A stretch of 64,000 nt of DNA from Raillietiella orientalis (Eukaryota): NCBI GenBank assembly GCA_036172245.1, contig JAYWIR010000024.1, forward strand, positions 2,356,001 to 2,420,000, given 5' to 3'. Numbering within the stretch: position 1 is the first letter of the stretch; each line of letters starts with the position of its first letter. The notes beneath the pieces were generated by a model, which worked only from the letters and a program-made list of their open reading frames with translations, was not told the DNA's origin and searched no databases. Position numbers and translations under genes: made by a program. Shown here in pieces: positions 25,170 through 38,827 of the stretch.

Positions 25170-27700
25170 ACTCCCTGAGAGGGATCTAAGCCAGCTTCAT
25201 GTTTCCAACCGGAGTGAAACCCGAAGGGATTCGGAGCTCTTTGATTCCAGGAAGGACCCCGGAGGGTCAAATTCCAATCATGTCCGATCAACCTGGGCAT
25301 CCGGCTGTCGGCTTTGAATAATCCGAACATCCGAATAATCCGAACCGCGTCTTCCTCCGGGGGAGACTAAAACACCACGAGGTGTCCATTTTGTATGGGT
25401 TGGTCCAACACGCGGAGATTCGAACCCGCAACGCTTCGTGCCACGCTCGGAAACCGCAGCCTTTCTGCGGTCTCACTGCCGCCAACGCGGGCATAGTGCT
25501 CCCATGATGGCGGATTTGAAACGTACGGTCCTTCCACCCTACCGACGCGTTTGCTCAGTGTGCCCGGATGCCTCCACTTTGCATTGGCAAGGCTGGACGA
25601 CAGGGAAAGCAGGAGAAAGGACGTTCATTGTGAAGCAGCACTTCAGCAGATCTTTCCGACTGTCGAGGGGGCGCAGCAGAGAGGCGTTTGCATGCGCTCC
25701 GGAGGCCACCGCATGCCGACAGCGGGTGCGTGCGTGCACGATCCGGAAGATGCTTGCCCCATCGGTTTAAGCTCAGCTTCCATCTTCTCCCGCACAGGCA
25801 GTGGGTTCAGGGCCGACTCCGCCTCGACCACGAGCGCCACCCTTCTCTCCACCAGCACCGTGAGTCTTCGCGTGCACCAATGCAAGGCGCACTCCCTCAG
25901 GCAGCTGCGCGCGACCTGCGGCCGTCGACACGAGTGCGCTGCCCGCCTCTGCACTGGACTCGAACAGGCCCTCCAAGGAAAGGAGCGTTTCAGAGTGGAA
26001 GGAAATCAGCAGGAATTTGGGTTTCTTCCGCCAACACCAGAACTCGTGGAGACACAAACGACACGGGGCCTCTTTCTGTTTCCAGCATCCCGTCATAGTA
26101 CCTCACTCGACATTAGAAGAACTCGGTATCCCAAAGGGACTCCAGTTCTGTTTCTAAGTAAAACACATCCGGGGTTCCGAATCGCAGCCTCGACCACAAC
26201 GCGTGGCTCAACCCTATGTCCTCTGCGAGGCACGCCGACCCGTAGTGGTCGGGAACCGGATGTGCAGTAGGCGTGCGGGGCAAAAAGGTCGTTCGCGTTT
26301 GGCTCCGCGATCCGCAGCACAGATAACTCGCTCCACATTGCCGGAATGGACGGGGACGGGGTGAAGGTGGGCCCGCAAGCAGCCCACTCTTGTTACGGAC
26401 CCCAAGCTTCTTCGACCTCACCTGGTGACCAGCGACGAAGGAGGAACGAAGTAGCGGTTGTCCGTGAACAGTCTTGGTAGCGAAACGGAAGGAGCCTGGA
26501 GGGAGGATGGGCTGTTCGCTTCGTCTCCCAGGATCGGTGCCGGCGATCCTCTTTGCATGCTCGGGATCCTAGAAACGGCCAGGCGATGCAAAGAACGAAG
26601 ATAGCTAGGCGACGCAGCCTCAGCACGTCAGGTAGGAAAGGACTTGCCCGACAGCAATAGGCGGTGCGGTATATAATGTGAGACATCGACTGGTCGTCGG
26701 TAACCAGCTGCTCCCGAACTACGGAACGGGATGCGAAACATTTCGCAGCTGCGAAACGAGTGGACGTTGCGCTCCTTTTCCCTCTGGCACAGCGGCACGG
26801 GAATAATGCGGGAATAAAGCGAGCAGAATTGTTGTTCGACTTTTATCGCAGCGTACTGCTTGCTCTGGATGCAGGAATCTTCGATGGAAACGAACTTCTG
26901 CCCGTTCGGTTCCCGGGAGGAGAAGAGCTGTCCGATGGTACCTCGCGCGGTTCGGAGACAGCCTGGTGGACACCGGCGACTGCTCCCAGCTTATTCCGGC
27001 GCTCCTTGCAGTCCCGATAAACACGTCATCCTGGCACGTCATTTTCGGACAGGTGAATCAGACGGAAGTCCCGACGCGGTCACAGACCGCTCGATCCGTT
27101 TCCCTTTCGAGGTGACTTCAAAGAACGGCGCTATCCGCGAATTGAGCTTGTGGGTCGCGAGATGGTGCGCGGTCAACAAGTGGAGTGATCGCATAAGACA
27201 AGAAGCACACCCGCGCCACTTTGCGCAGCCACCCTCAGGTCAAATAGACTCTGTGTATGCGCGTCGGCACTCCTTCCTTCATGCGTGAGGTCAGCTCCAA
27301 GTGGTCCGAGGGTGCGCGTGCTTTCTTTCGGATGATGTCACCATCCAATTCGTTCCAGCTTCCACCATACTTTCCTGCAGTCTGCACTGGGCTGTCTCTT
27401 TGGTTCACTTTTCGGACGAGCAGTTGCTGTCCCTTCAGCGGTTCACGCAGTTTAAAAGCGGAGTAATCCGCTTTCACTCGCCATCCAGAAACGGGAGATG
27501 GAATTCTCTCTAGCGGATACTCCTCAGACTGCGAGTTCCAAAGGTGGAACATGAAAAACGTAGGAAAACCTCCGGATTCCTTCTGATTTCGATAACCACC
27601 ATCGCTAAAGGAAGGAAAGGGGGTGATCTGAATATTTGAAGGGCATTTCGGCTAATGTTTGTTTGTGTGCTTTTGTCTGTGGCTCAATCTCCGTGCTCCA
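25170..27700 (+). repeat. Repeated flanking unit B
   Basis: ~25170-26620 is near-identical to ~34330-35820; more diverged from the 16-18 kb copy. Confidence 0.85.
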
Positions 27701-29430
27701 TCTGCAACCTGGAGTACGCCGTTGGGCATCTCTCGGACGTGTTCAAAGCTTCGCTTCTTGCATGATTGGGACAAGCAGCACAAGATGCCTCGTGATCCAA
27801 CTTCATCTTGAGCTTGCTATGAAGCAATTCAATCGTAATAAATAATCCTTCAGGATTCTGAAAGAGAAATCGAATGGACCGCTCATCTGAAAATCGAAAA
27901 ACGGACCACCTCAAACAAAGAGCCGGTGGAAGACCAAATTTGCTCAGCAAGAAGAACTTCGAACTTTTTATTATGAGAATACTTCGCGATCAACTCTCCT
28001 CCATGTGCACTCGTCTTCCAGTTTCCCTCTTTGAAATATTCCGCCATCCCTTAGAGTCACCTTCTCGACCCTCTCTAGCGCCTACTTTGGAAGGCTGTCG
28101 GAACGCCAGAAGACGAGATCGCCAGCGCAGATTCGTCCAGCAAATCTCGCGGGATTCTTCTCCGGAGATGTCCATTAGTCTCCTTTCTTCTCCAACCTGC
28201 CGATGGTGGATCAGCCCACTATTCTGGAGCCTTCGCCTGCAAGTTGGTCTTCGTTTCATGATGATGACCATGACAACGATGACCCCGACTCCCTTAAAGA
28301 ACTTTTTCTTTGAAGGTGTAGACGGAAGTTGAAGTCCGTCATTCGAATGTTTGACGCAGATCCTCTTACTCGCTGAGGAGCAGAGCCACATGCTTTGTGA
28401 TGAAAAGTCGGAAGCTGCGGAGTCGCATCGCCCCACTCCGCTCCTTGCATCCTTCGTGTCGCTGTTCATGGGCAGCGTCCCTCCTGTAAGGTGACGGGAA
28501 AGGATTCCACACCTGGAACGCTTGCACGGGAATCCTTTAAAGAATCGACGGATGCGATGTGATTGAGAAAGAGTTGATGCCAAAGCGTCTCTCGCCATTC
28601 TCCCTTCTCGTATCCACATTCTTTGTTTTCTCATCGACACGAAGGATTCCCTCTTCTCGCTTTCCTTGCTGTCCCATATCACAACGTAAGCATTCCCGGA
28701 AAACCATGGCCGCACACAATCGTTAGAGCCCATGGTTGCAAGGTGATCTGTACCTTCTCTCACCCTTGAAATGTCGTCGCATGGCAACTTTGGCCTCTTG
28801 TCTCTGTGCGGAACACATAAGTCACGAGATCCCCCCTTCGCTCGTTCCAGTTTTCCGAATTTACGGTGCATGGACAGCACCCTCAGATCTTGATAACACA
28901 TGCTCGCTGATCACAACCCGAGTCAAAAGATCCACGAAAGACTCGTAAATTAAGATTGCTGCTGCATCACAGATGATTCCCTGAGGAGAACAAGAGTTTG
29001 GAACTCATCTTGTTTGGTCCTCTTGTTCTGTTTTTGTTCTTTCCGAAGGAAAGAGAAACCTGCAGCTCTCTTCGGCGACCATGCTGCTTGAAGAATAACT
29101 CGCAGGAAGCCATTTGACCCTTGCGACCACCAAGAATGCCAGGTCTTCACTGAGGATCCCACCGATAGCTACGAGGTGGCCATCGTTCCCCTCATGGGAG
29201 TTCCTCCATCGCAATGGTCAGGAATGTTCCACCCGACCCATCCGAACGCGAAAGCAGTTGATTTCCTGCGCCGTCTATCTACTTTTCAGTGGATCTACCA
29301 GCACGACATCGCGCCCACTCAAGAAACGGAGGAGAACCCTCTTCCGTTCGCGCACGCGTACGGCAGGAATCGAAGGAAAAAGCATCCGAGGAAGACATCC
29401 CGGAGCGAAAGTGCAGAATGCGAATTGCAG
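27700..29430 (+). repeat. Repeated flanking unit C (copies at ~43480-45060 and partial ~37880-38465)
   Basis: Colinear diverged similarity, including a GAT-repeat tract at ~28258 and ~44031. Confidence 0.75.
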
Positions 29431-30499
29431 GAGTCCGTGTGTTCCTGCTAACCCGTGCTCGATGATCCCTCTGACCGCGGGAGCATGAAAGAGTCCTATG
29501 ACACAGAGACGAAAGCCACTCGGGTGCAGAGCGAGAGGGTGAGTATTTTGAACGCACACTATGAATAGGATGCAGCGGAATCCGCTAGAGATGAATCGAA
29601 CGGTCAGCGTGGGTGAAAAGCAGGGAGCATGCATCGGAGTTACTTGAATGTCCTCAAGGAGCATCCAGCGGCGCATCATCCAGCTTCTCTGAAGCGGCCC
29701 TGCTGCAACCACCCTACGAACCCCCCAACCAAGGTGCTATGGCTGCATCAACGTCCCAAAGTCTGACGTGGGTTCCCTAAAACAAGGACGCAGCGTCATG
29801 CTGGAAAGCGTGTTGCCGAGGATTTCGATAGATTCTCTACGCCTTGAAACCAAAGAGCGGTGAAACCATTAGAGGGAACAGATGCGAAATTCCTCAATTT
29901 GCTGACTTCGGGTCTTCACCGCACTTTCTCCTTTATACATCACTGCTTTTTCTAAAAAAAAAAAAATTCTGCAACAGTAAATAAAGTGCATGCGATACTG
30001 ATGGCAAGTTACAGGGACACGACTTTGCTGCCAAAGAGGAGCGAGTGACCCCAATGTCCTTCGATTGTATCCCGTTGAAACGAAAATTAAAGCACTGATC
30101 ACAAGGCAACAGGTGCGAGAATGTGTTCCTAGGAATGCTCCTGTAAATTTGTGACTCTAGTCCCCAAGGAAGGCCCTTCAAGAATGCGACCGTACAAACT
30201 TTCCTCATGGTGGTCTGTCTGTGGTTGACCCTTTACTTTTCCGAACTGTGCCGTTTTGTCTCTACGCTTTCTTCTTCACATTAGGGAGAAACGTGAGCAC
30301 CCGTTACTTTTCACTCCTATGGCACACGGTGATATTTGTACTTCCTCATCATCATCCTTTTACTTCCTCTACCCTCACAGCCTTCACGAAGAAACTCCCA
30401 ATCGAATGTCTGCCGAGACTCTCATCGCTTTCTTTCTTGGCTCGTTTTTTACTTTTATGGAAAATCTCCTCAACGTTCCGAAACCCAGGGGTCGAGTAC

Positions 30500-30539
30500 G
30501 AATGAGCACCCCATGGTGCTCACCATGGGGTGCTCATTC
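30500..30539. repeat. Perfect 19-bp inverted repeat with a 2-nt spacer
   Basis: GAATGAGCACCCCATGGTG-CT-CACCATGGGGTGCTCATTC. Confidence 0.95.
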
Positions 30540-31701
30540 CTACACCCATCAGACTCACGCTTTGGCCCTGACTCGATGCAGAAGCCAGGTCCAGAAGCTG
30601 AAATCCCTTGAAGACTTTGTCATTTCTAGATGGCATTCCAAAAATACCTCAATCCTCATAGCGTCAATGCCTCTTCGAATAGACAGTAATGCTTAGAGGC
30701 AGCGTTCCGCATCCGATTGGTTGATGCTCCAATTGAGGTGAAATTACGAACCAGCATCTGTTGGTGTGCATGCAAATCCTCATGGCTCACATGCAAGGAA
30801 GTATGTGTCTTCTCCGCGAATCATTCAAATCCGGCAGGTCGACTCGGCAGCTTCCCAGAGAAGAAAGACGTAAAGACATCAGGTTCACAAGAATGGAGTG
30901 TGCCCTTCTCAAGACCCACCAAGCTGGGTCATTCCGGTCACAATCATCAAAGATCAGCGTCTCAATAAACACACTGCAACTATTCCGATGAAGGTGAAAG
31001 AGTCTTCTGAGGGACTTTCAGGGTAGAAGGTCGCCTTCACGAAACGTGCATTGCCAATCCTTCCTAACAGCATGCGTTCAGCCGTTGAAGTCACCGTGCT
31101 GCGCTTCAAATTTTCCCCATCTAATGACTCTGAGAAGCTGCCACGAATTTCGTTCAAGTGTGATCCGAGTTCCTTGCAGACTGTGAACATCATTGTGCCT
31201 TTCTCTCGGATGAGGAATCGAAATTGCCCATCGACAAAGGATGCACAGGAGCTCTTCACGCGAGCCCTCACGTATGCAGCTGCATGAAAGAACGGTGCTT
31301 CCCTCTTCAATTGGATTTGCAGCCAAACCGTCGTGCTGCGGGTTCAAAAACCGCAGGTCTTCGGGTATGGGAGCCCTTCCTCGGAGCACGTATTCCCTTT
31401 GGGTGTTTCCCTTGCTTCACAGAAAGAAGGAAAGCCTCTGAGGACAACACGCATCGGACTGCATGTACCATCTCCAGAGGCGAGCAACTGGAGAGAGGTC
31501 AGCTGGAGGAGATTCGCTTGATGAAACCGGCAGGAAGTTCAGGAGCTTTTGCTCCTTACAAATTCGTTTACTCATCCATCTGTCCTGATCTCTTTACTTA
31601 AGAAAAGGAAAGCGTGCCGAGTGCCGTTCGTTAGATAAATCGATTCACAGATGCCCAAATGGGAGAGCACAAGGAAAAACAAAAAGAAAAAATCACTCCA
31701 C

Positions 31702-31906
31702 CTGCAAATGAATTCCGTTTCCTTCAGGCACATCTCCATGCACTCTTCTTTGGACTCAGCAGGGAACTCTTTGCGTATCACTCCAGCGAGGAAATGGCCA
31801 GATACTCTTTCGAACATCCAAGCTCTGTCGCAGCTCGTGGACTCATCCAAGCATATTTTCTGAGCGTACAGTGTGAAGATAGGGTATTCAGACACGACGA
31901 GGAGAT
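31702..31906 (-). pseudogene. Isolated exon encoding part of a PAN/apple domain (trynity/NompA-like PAN-ZP protein)
   Basis: AG...GT-bounded open exon: LLVVSEYPIFTLYAQKICLDESTSCDRAWMFERVSGHFLAGVIRKEFPAESKEECMEMCLKETEFICR, resembling the FP.FT.YAQK.CL...C.RAW..RV pattern of arthropod PAN-ZP proteins. It could instead belong to a live gene with exons outside the window. Confidence 0.75.
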
Positions 31907-34329
31907 CTGGAATGATTTTAGAGTGACATCAGGAACAGCTAGTTGAACGAAAGGGATCTCGTGAACAGCCTGTCCTTTTTTCGAAAAAGAAATAAAGAGC
32001 AAATATAGCCAAGAGTGGACTGCCAGCGAAGCTTCGTTCCTCGTCCATCTTTGGAAATGACCACGGATACACCATCGGATGCCTAAAAAGGTTCGGCTTT
32101 CATCGAACCTTTGCGTGCCACAAAGTATTCTTTTCACGTTTCCCTCTCTCTACTTTCAATTTCTGTCGGTTCGAAGCTGGTGGGAGGGAAAATGTTGCCC
32201 CGAGGTGCATGCAAACCCTTTTGAACGTCGCTTCATCAACGAGCAAAAGCAGTACAACTCAAGAAAAAGCTCATTCGTCTTGGCGAGGCACTCTGAGCAA
32301 AAGAAATTCTGCTCGTATATTTGCCAATAAGCAGCATCCAAAAAGTGCGAACAAAACTGGGGTGCTGCTGCAAGAGGTCCGCACTCGTGAAACTCGAGAC
32401 TCGTCGGCCACTGCCGATCGAGGCCCACCATTCCCCGTGATTTTTACTTTTCGGGTCCTTCTTCAATCCTTCACACGAGGAAGGAGTTCTCTAGACTTAT
32501 AAAGTGAAGAACTGTACGCTAATCAACCCGTACACTGTTAGACGAAGATTTGCACCTTGCTGGAACAGCTTGGTCGTTGCCTCAAGTTTTCCTTCGAGAA
32601 GAAGCCTCTTCTCCTGCTTGCCATGTTTCTCCCTAGCAACTTCACCGAATGGGCTGTGACGCCCTCCGCTGAAGCCTCTCACGTGTCACGAGGAAATCGT
32701 GACACGTTATGCAAAAGTTTCCCAAGGATCCTCCTGGTGAATTCTCCAATCTTTCGATTCTTCTACTGAAAGCGTGTCTTCGTCACTCATGGCAAAAGCG
32801 TTTCACCAGGTCTTCCAGCAGGCATCAGTAGCGTTCGATGCATTGCAGCTTTGGAAACGTTCATAGAATTGTGTGGCATGCAATGGATTGGATCCTTTCC
32901 TCGATGCACCATAATCCTTTTTGTAACAATCAGCACGGTGTATCTTCTGGATTTTCTTAATTTGATCTCCACTCCTTCTCCCTGATATCTGGAAAAGTAA
33001 AAGAATCCTGCTCACGAATCGAGGCGCTGGCAATTGCGGAATCCGGTTCCTACTTTTCCTTAATGCCCCTTTCCGAACTTCCTTTTGTGGAGCCTCCGTT
33101 TGTTATTTTAAAAAGAACTGCCTGGTCTTTCGGAAGTCTTTCGGAAAGGGCCACTCCACATTTCAATTCCGGATAACTCACGTAAAAGAACCGCTCCTTC
33201 ATACGTCTCTAAAATACCAATGACTGGACGTTTCCAGATTGCTCTGAAGTGAACAGGGAGCTCCTTATCACTCTGGAGAGGTATCTACTACCTCCATTGT
33301 CTGCGACGGTGGGTTCTCCCTTAAGGGAAGAAATACAGCTCCATTTGCAAAAAGCAGAGGCAAACCCCGAAAGGGAACACAGTCCCTGATTCCTGGATGG
33401 ACTACAAAGAGTCCACCTTTCAGCCCGGCTAGTCAAGGAATGCATCCGGTTGCCGGCATTCCCCAGTGCTTCACCCGACCAACGGGCGAATTGCCATTCA
33501 TCATCTTGCAGCAGGATTCGAAAGCTGCGACTCACCCCGCATGCACGGAATCCTTCCATAACGTGTCCAATCCTCAACGCTTCGAGACCAACTACGCTCC
33601 GAGACCGCAGGCACACAGCCTCCAGCGTAGGCCGTCATTCTCAGCACAGTGTTTCCAACGTCCGGTTACACAGTCCATTCACTGCACAGAAAATCCGAGT
33701 GAGTGCTCGCGTTCTTTAAGGAAATTTCGAAAGTTGCGTTTGGAATGTTGCGTGAAAGAGCAACTCGGTGACATGAAAGCAGGAGAAGAAGGGCGATCCA
33801 TCAATGTTCCTTCCTCTCCACCAGAACAGCCACTCCTCGGTCCAGTCAAATTCTTCCTGCTTGCTGTCCGTTTCCAAACTGGGATCACTCCACTCTCCGT
33901 GCCCACGTGCCGACCGGCTGCATCTGATGCGCACTGGTGAGTGACCGCTCTGCTCTTACGTATTCTCCTTTGCCAATGCAGGAAGTCTTCGACTAGCTCT
34001 TTGGCTTTGCGTGACTTGGAAGAAGCAGCCACATTGCGCTCGCCAGAGTGTGACCAGGTATCTCATTCTGCCATGAAATCCGTGCGGAGGTCATCCAGGC
34101 TGAATGCCGATTGCCAGCCACGAACGTAACGTCCTCGTCGAGATGGTTCATTGGATGAAATGGATCCAACATCACAGTTCTCGTTGGAGCAGCGGCAAGG
34201 TGCACCTCGGCGTCCTTCATCTGCATGTCTTTCAAGACAACGAGCCGACGAGAGTCGGGAATTCTTTACTCGTGAAGGAGAGATTGTTCCTGCTAATTCT
34301 GGATTGAAGCAGCTGGGAAACCTCTTACA

Positions 34330-36830
34330 GGGAGACTCCCTGAGAGGGGTCTAAGCCAGCTTCATGTTTCCAACCGGAGTGAAACCCGAAGGGATTCGGA
34401 GCTCTTTGATTCCAGGAAGGACCCCGGAGGGTCAAAGTCCAATCATGTCCGATCAACCTGGGCATCCGGCTGTCGGCTTTGAATAATCCGAACATCCGAA
34501 TAATCCGAACATCCGAATAATCCGAACATCCGAATAATCCGAACCGCGTCTTCCTCCGGGGGAGACTAAAACTCCACGAGGTGTCCATTTTGTATGGGTT
34601 GATCCAACACGCGGAGATTCGAACCCGCAACGCTTCGTGCCACGCTCGGAAACCGCAGCCTTTCTGCGGTCTCACTGCCGCCAACGCGGGCATAGTGCTC
34701 CCATGATGGCGGATTTGAAACGTACGGTCCTTCCACCCTACCGACGCGTTTCCTCAGTGTGCCCGGATGCCTCCACTTTGCATTGGCAAGGCTGGACGAC
34801 AGGGAAAGCAGGAGAAAGGACGTTCATTGTGAAGCAGCACTTCAGCAGATCTTTTCGACTGTCGAGGGGGCGCAGCAGAGAGGCGTCTGCATGCGCTCCG
34901 GAGGCCACCGCATGCCGACAGCGGGTGCGTGCGTGTGCGATCCGGAAGATGCTTGCCCCGTCGGTTTAAGCTCAGCTTCCATCTTCTCCCGCACAGGCAG
35001 TGGGTTCAGGGCCGACTCCGCCTCGACCACGAGCGCCACCCTTCTCTCCACCAGCACCGTGAGTCTTCGCGTGCACCAATGCAAGGCGCACTCCCTCAGG
35101 CAGCTGCGCGCGACCTGCGGCCGTCGACACGAGTGCGCTGCCCGCCTCTGCACTGGACTCGAACAGGCCCTCCAAGGAAAGGAGCGTTTCAGAGTGAAAG
35201 GAAATCAGCAGGAATTTGGGTTTCTTCCGCCAACACCAGAACTCGTGGAGACACAAACGACACGGGGCCTCTTTCTGTTTCCAGCATCCCGTCATAGTAC
35301 CTCACTCGACATTAGAAGAACTCGGTATCCCAAAGGGACTCCAGTCCTGTTTCTAAGTAAAACACATCCGGGGTTCCGAATCGCAGCCTCGACCACAACG
35401 CGTGGCTCAACCCTATGTCCTCTGCGAGTCACGCCGACCCGCAATGGTCGGGAACCGGATGTGCAGTAGGCGTGCGGGGCAAAAAGGTCGTTCGCGTTTG
35501 GTTCCGCGATCCGCAGCACAGATAACTCGCTCCACATTGCCGGAATGGACGGGGACGGGATGAAGGTGGGCCCGCAAGCAGCCCACTCTTGTTACGGACC
35601 CCAAGCTTCTTCGACCTCACCTGGTGACCAGCGACGAAGGAGGAACGAAGTAGCGGTTGTCCGTGAACAGTCTTGGTAGCGAAACGGAAGGAGCCTGGAG
35701 GGAGGATGGGCTGTTCGCTTCGTCTCCCAGGATCGGTGCCGGCGATCCTCTTTGCATGCTCGGGATCCTAGAAACGGCCAGGCGATGCAAAGAACGAAGA
35801 TAGCTAGGCGACGCAGCCGCAGCACGCCAGGAAGGAAAGGGCATGTCCGACTGCATTAGCGGGTGAAGGATATGCTCTGAGATATCGACTGGGCGTCGGG
35901 AACCAGCTGCTGCCAGAACTACGGAACGGGACTCGAAACATCGCTCAGCTGCCAAAGGAGTGGACATTGCGCTCACTTTCCCTCCGCCATGCTGGTTGCA
36001 CAGAGACACGCGAAGAAAGCGGGAATCACGCGAGCAGAACTGTTGCTCGACTTTTTTTTCCAGAACGCTGCTTGCCCGTGATGCAGAAAGTTTGCACGGA
36101 AAGGAACTTCTACGTGTGCGGTTCCCCGGAGAAGTGTAGCTGGCCGACGGTTCCTTGCGTGCTTCCGAGGCAGCCTGGTGGCAACTCCTCCCAGCTCATG
36201 CCCTCGCTCTGCACGGTGCCTAGAAAGGGGTCCTCCTTATGGAAGCCGACGATTTTGCCACCTCATCTCGAAGGCTCCCACCTTGCAGTCCGCTGGACTC
36301 GCTGCGCCCTCTTCGGAAAGCAGGGGGGATCCATCGGGAAGAGGGCTGAGAGGGTGAGTGCTGGAGCAGCGCTGCACGAGCACCCCAGTGCGTTGTCGCG
36401 CCGAGTGTGCACCGCGGGGGCGGAGGAAAACGAGCCGAGTTCGCAGTTACTTGGATCGGCAGTGTTCACGGTGTCCAACCCTACTCGCTGCGTCGCTCGT
36501 TTGGGCACTGCTTCCGCCGGCGCGCGCCGCCTAGCAGACCGCGTCTGCGATCTCGGGAGTGTTAGAAGAGACGCCGGAACTTGTCAGAAAAGAATTGACG
36601 GAGGTACCGAGTCATGCGGACTGCGGATGCTTCCTGCAAGCGGCGATCCACTCTGAGGTGCTGTTTCAGATGCCAAAGGGGCGCATCTCCCGATGCCTCG
36701 ATCACCTGGTTGCTACCCTTGCATGGCATGCTCCGTCGGGTGAAGCAGACGGCAGCCCCGACGCGGTCACGGACCGCTCGATTTGGTTCAGTTCCGAGGT
36801 GGCTTGGAAGAACGGCGACGTCTGCGAGTT
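34330..36830 (+). repeat. Repeated flanking unit B (recent chimeric copy)
   Basis: The 5' part is near-identical to the 25 kb copy; ~35230-36815 is near-identical to ~55845-57408. Confidence 0.85.
34481..34544 (+). repeat. 17-bp tandem repeat (GAATAATCCGAACATCC) x~3.8
   Basis: Read directly; only ~1.8 units at the paralogous site 25316-25345. Confidence 0.9.
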
Positions 36831-36900
36831 GGATTTGTGCGTGCGACGGTCCTCATCCGAGATTTTGCACAAGTGATTCTTGCCCTTGAAGTTCGCTGAT
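36830..36900 (-). pseudogene. Truncated exon encoding the second half of a PAN domain
   Basis: Acceptor TTCTTTCCAG, then (R)SANFKGKNHLCKISDEDRRTHKSN. The phase-2 start is compatible with the end of the 31702-31906 exon. Confidence 0.65.
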
Positions 36901-38827
36901 CTGGAAAGAATCCATCCGCAATAAGAATCCAGTCATCATAAATAAGGATAGGTGCACTCAACGAGCAATAGGAATCGTTACATCAGGAATGCAAACGGAC
37001 GTCCTAACAAAACCTGGATCGATTCGTCGACGAACAAAACGAACCCATCACCTCGATCGAGCAGAGAACCACGAAGAAAAGAAAAGTCCAAGACCTTTTC
37101 TTGTTTCTTGGATGTCCACATAGTCGCCTCTGAGCAAAACCATCCTTCCCTCCACCTGGAAGCCCATGAAAAAACAATGACTTCCCAACACGGATCGCCT
37201 TTCAGCAAAGTAAATGGATCACAGGAAGCCTCCGTGCAACTGATGCTGTTTGCATCCTATGCGTCTTTCCCAAGAGGAACGAACCGATCCAATTCGGACA
37301 AAGAGGGAATCGAGACGAGTACACACCAACACGAAGGAAAAGCTCCTGTGCGTGCTCTCTTGCTCAATCCGAGGACAAATGGTTCTCTGATCCGAAGTGA
37401 GAGAGAAAAGCAGATACGTGAAAGCAGATATGTAACTCGGTTTTCCAGACAAAGCACATCTTCTCCAGTGTGCTCCATTTCAGCAGGATGAGTATTCCGA
37501 AATACAACTAGCGATTCTTTCTCTGAGGAGGAGGGCTTGGGTAGGCCAGCTAGAGAGATTTTCTGTTCTTATTTTCTTCATTCCTCTGAAAGAAAGAGTC
37601 TCTTAAACATGTTCTGGAGCCTCCACAGGCAACAGACTGGAGTCCTCATTCATTGAGCTTCCTTTTCCAAGAACGCTGTTACCATAAAAAGGCAAGTGAC
37701 AATCCTTAAATGCTCAATCTTCTTCAAGCATTTAAGGATTCTGACTGCGTGCTTATCGTTTAAGTTCCCCTTTGCGGTGCGAGAGATGCTGGATGAGATC
37801 TGATCCTGGCAGTGAGCAGAACATCTTCCAACGGAGAATTTTTTTTTTTTTTTTCGAAGAATGCTGCTGCAAGCAACAGACACGAGGGATGCGATGTGAC
37901 CTGGAATGATTTAATAGCAAAACGTCTCTCGTCTTTCTCTTTCCTCGTCCCCACATTCCCCGTTTTCTCATCGATACGAGCGGTTCATTCTTTTCCCTCT
38001 CCGTCGAGTCCGAGGTCAACAAGTTAGCATTGCCGGGAAACCGCAGTCGCACGCGGCAGTAAAAGGCCGTGGTAGGTACGTGCTCAGAATCCCCTTTGAA
38101 ACCTCAAACGTCATCGTATTGCTTTATTGATCTCTTGTGTCCTTGGTGAGTCAAGGGATTCCTCCTAGCGTTTGCCCCTTTTCCAGTTTGATGATCCATA
38201 GGCACCAGCCTTAGTTGATCAAAAGGCTTCTCTCTGATCACAACCCGAGTCAGAAGATCCACATGAAACTCCTAGATTTACTTCCCTGCCACTTCGCACC
38301 CGATTCCGTGCGACGAACAAGTGTTTGGACCACATTCTCATATAGTCCTCATTGTTCCTCTTATTATTATCCTTTTCGTCGGAAAGCAGGAGCTTTGTAG
38401 ATCATTCACGTAGAAGAATGATCTACTGACTGAATAGAAGGCCATTCCACCCTTCCAAAAATAGAAAATGCAGGAATGTATTCCTGAGCTCTTACGTGGT
38501 TGCTCCTTCCCTGCCTCCTTAAGGGTGCCTTCTTACAGTCCTGCACGATGGGCTCCGAAGGCGACTCTGTTAGAGCAAACGCAATCCCCTTTCAAGGCAA
38601 CTCGGCGCTCACAAAATCCTCGTTCCCGGGAACCGTTCCTCCGTCTTGTGAAATTCCCGAGCACCGCAAAACGATCTGGGAATTAATATGCAAGGGACGG
38701 CTCAGGTGTGCTGAAGTGGGGACAAGAAGCACGTGCTGCGTTCGAAATTTCATTTGCCGAAATTTCCACAGGTGGCCTTGGGGACATAAAAGCAACCTTT
38801 GACGGGTCCAGAGGTCAGGCAAGCGGG

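Noticed and set aside
34481..34544. CRISPR-like array
   Set aside because: Head-to-tail tandem repeat without spacers, in a eukaryotic context.
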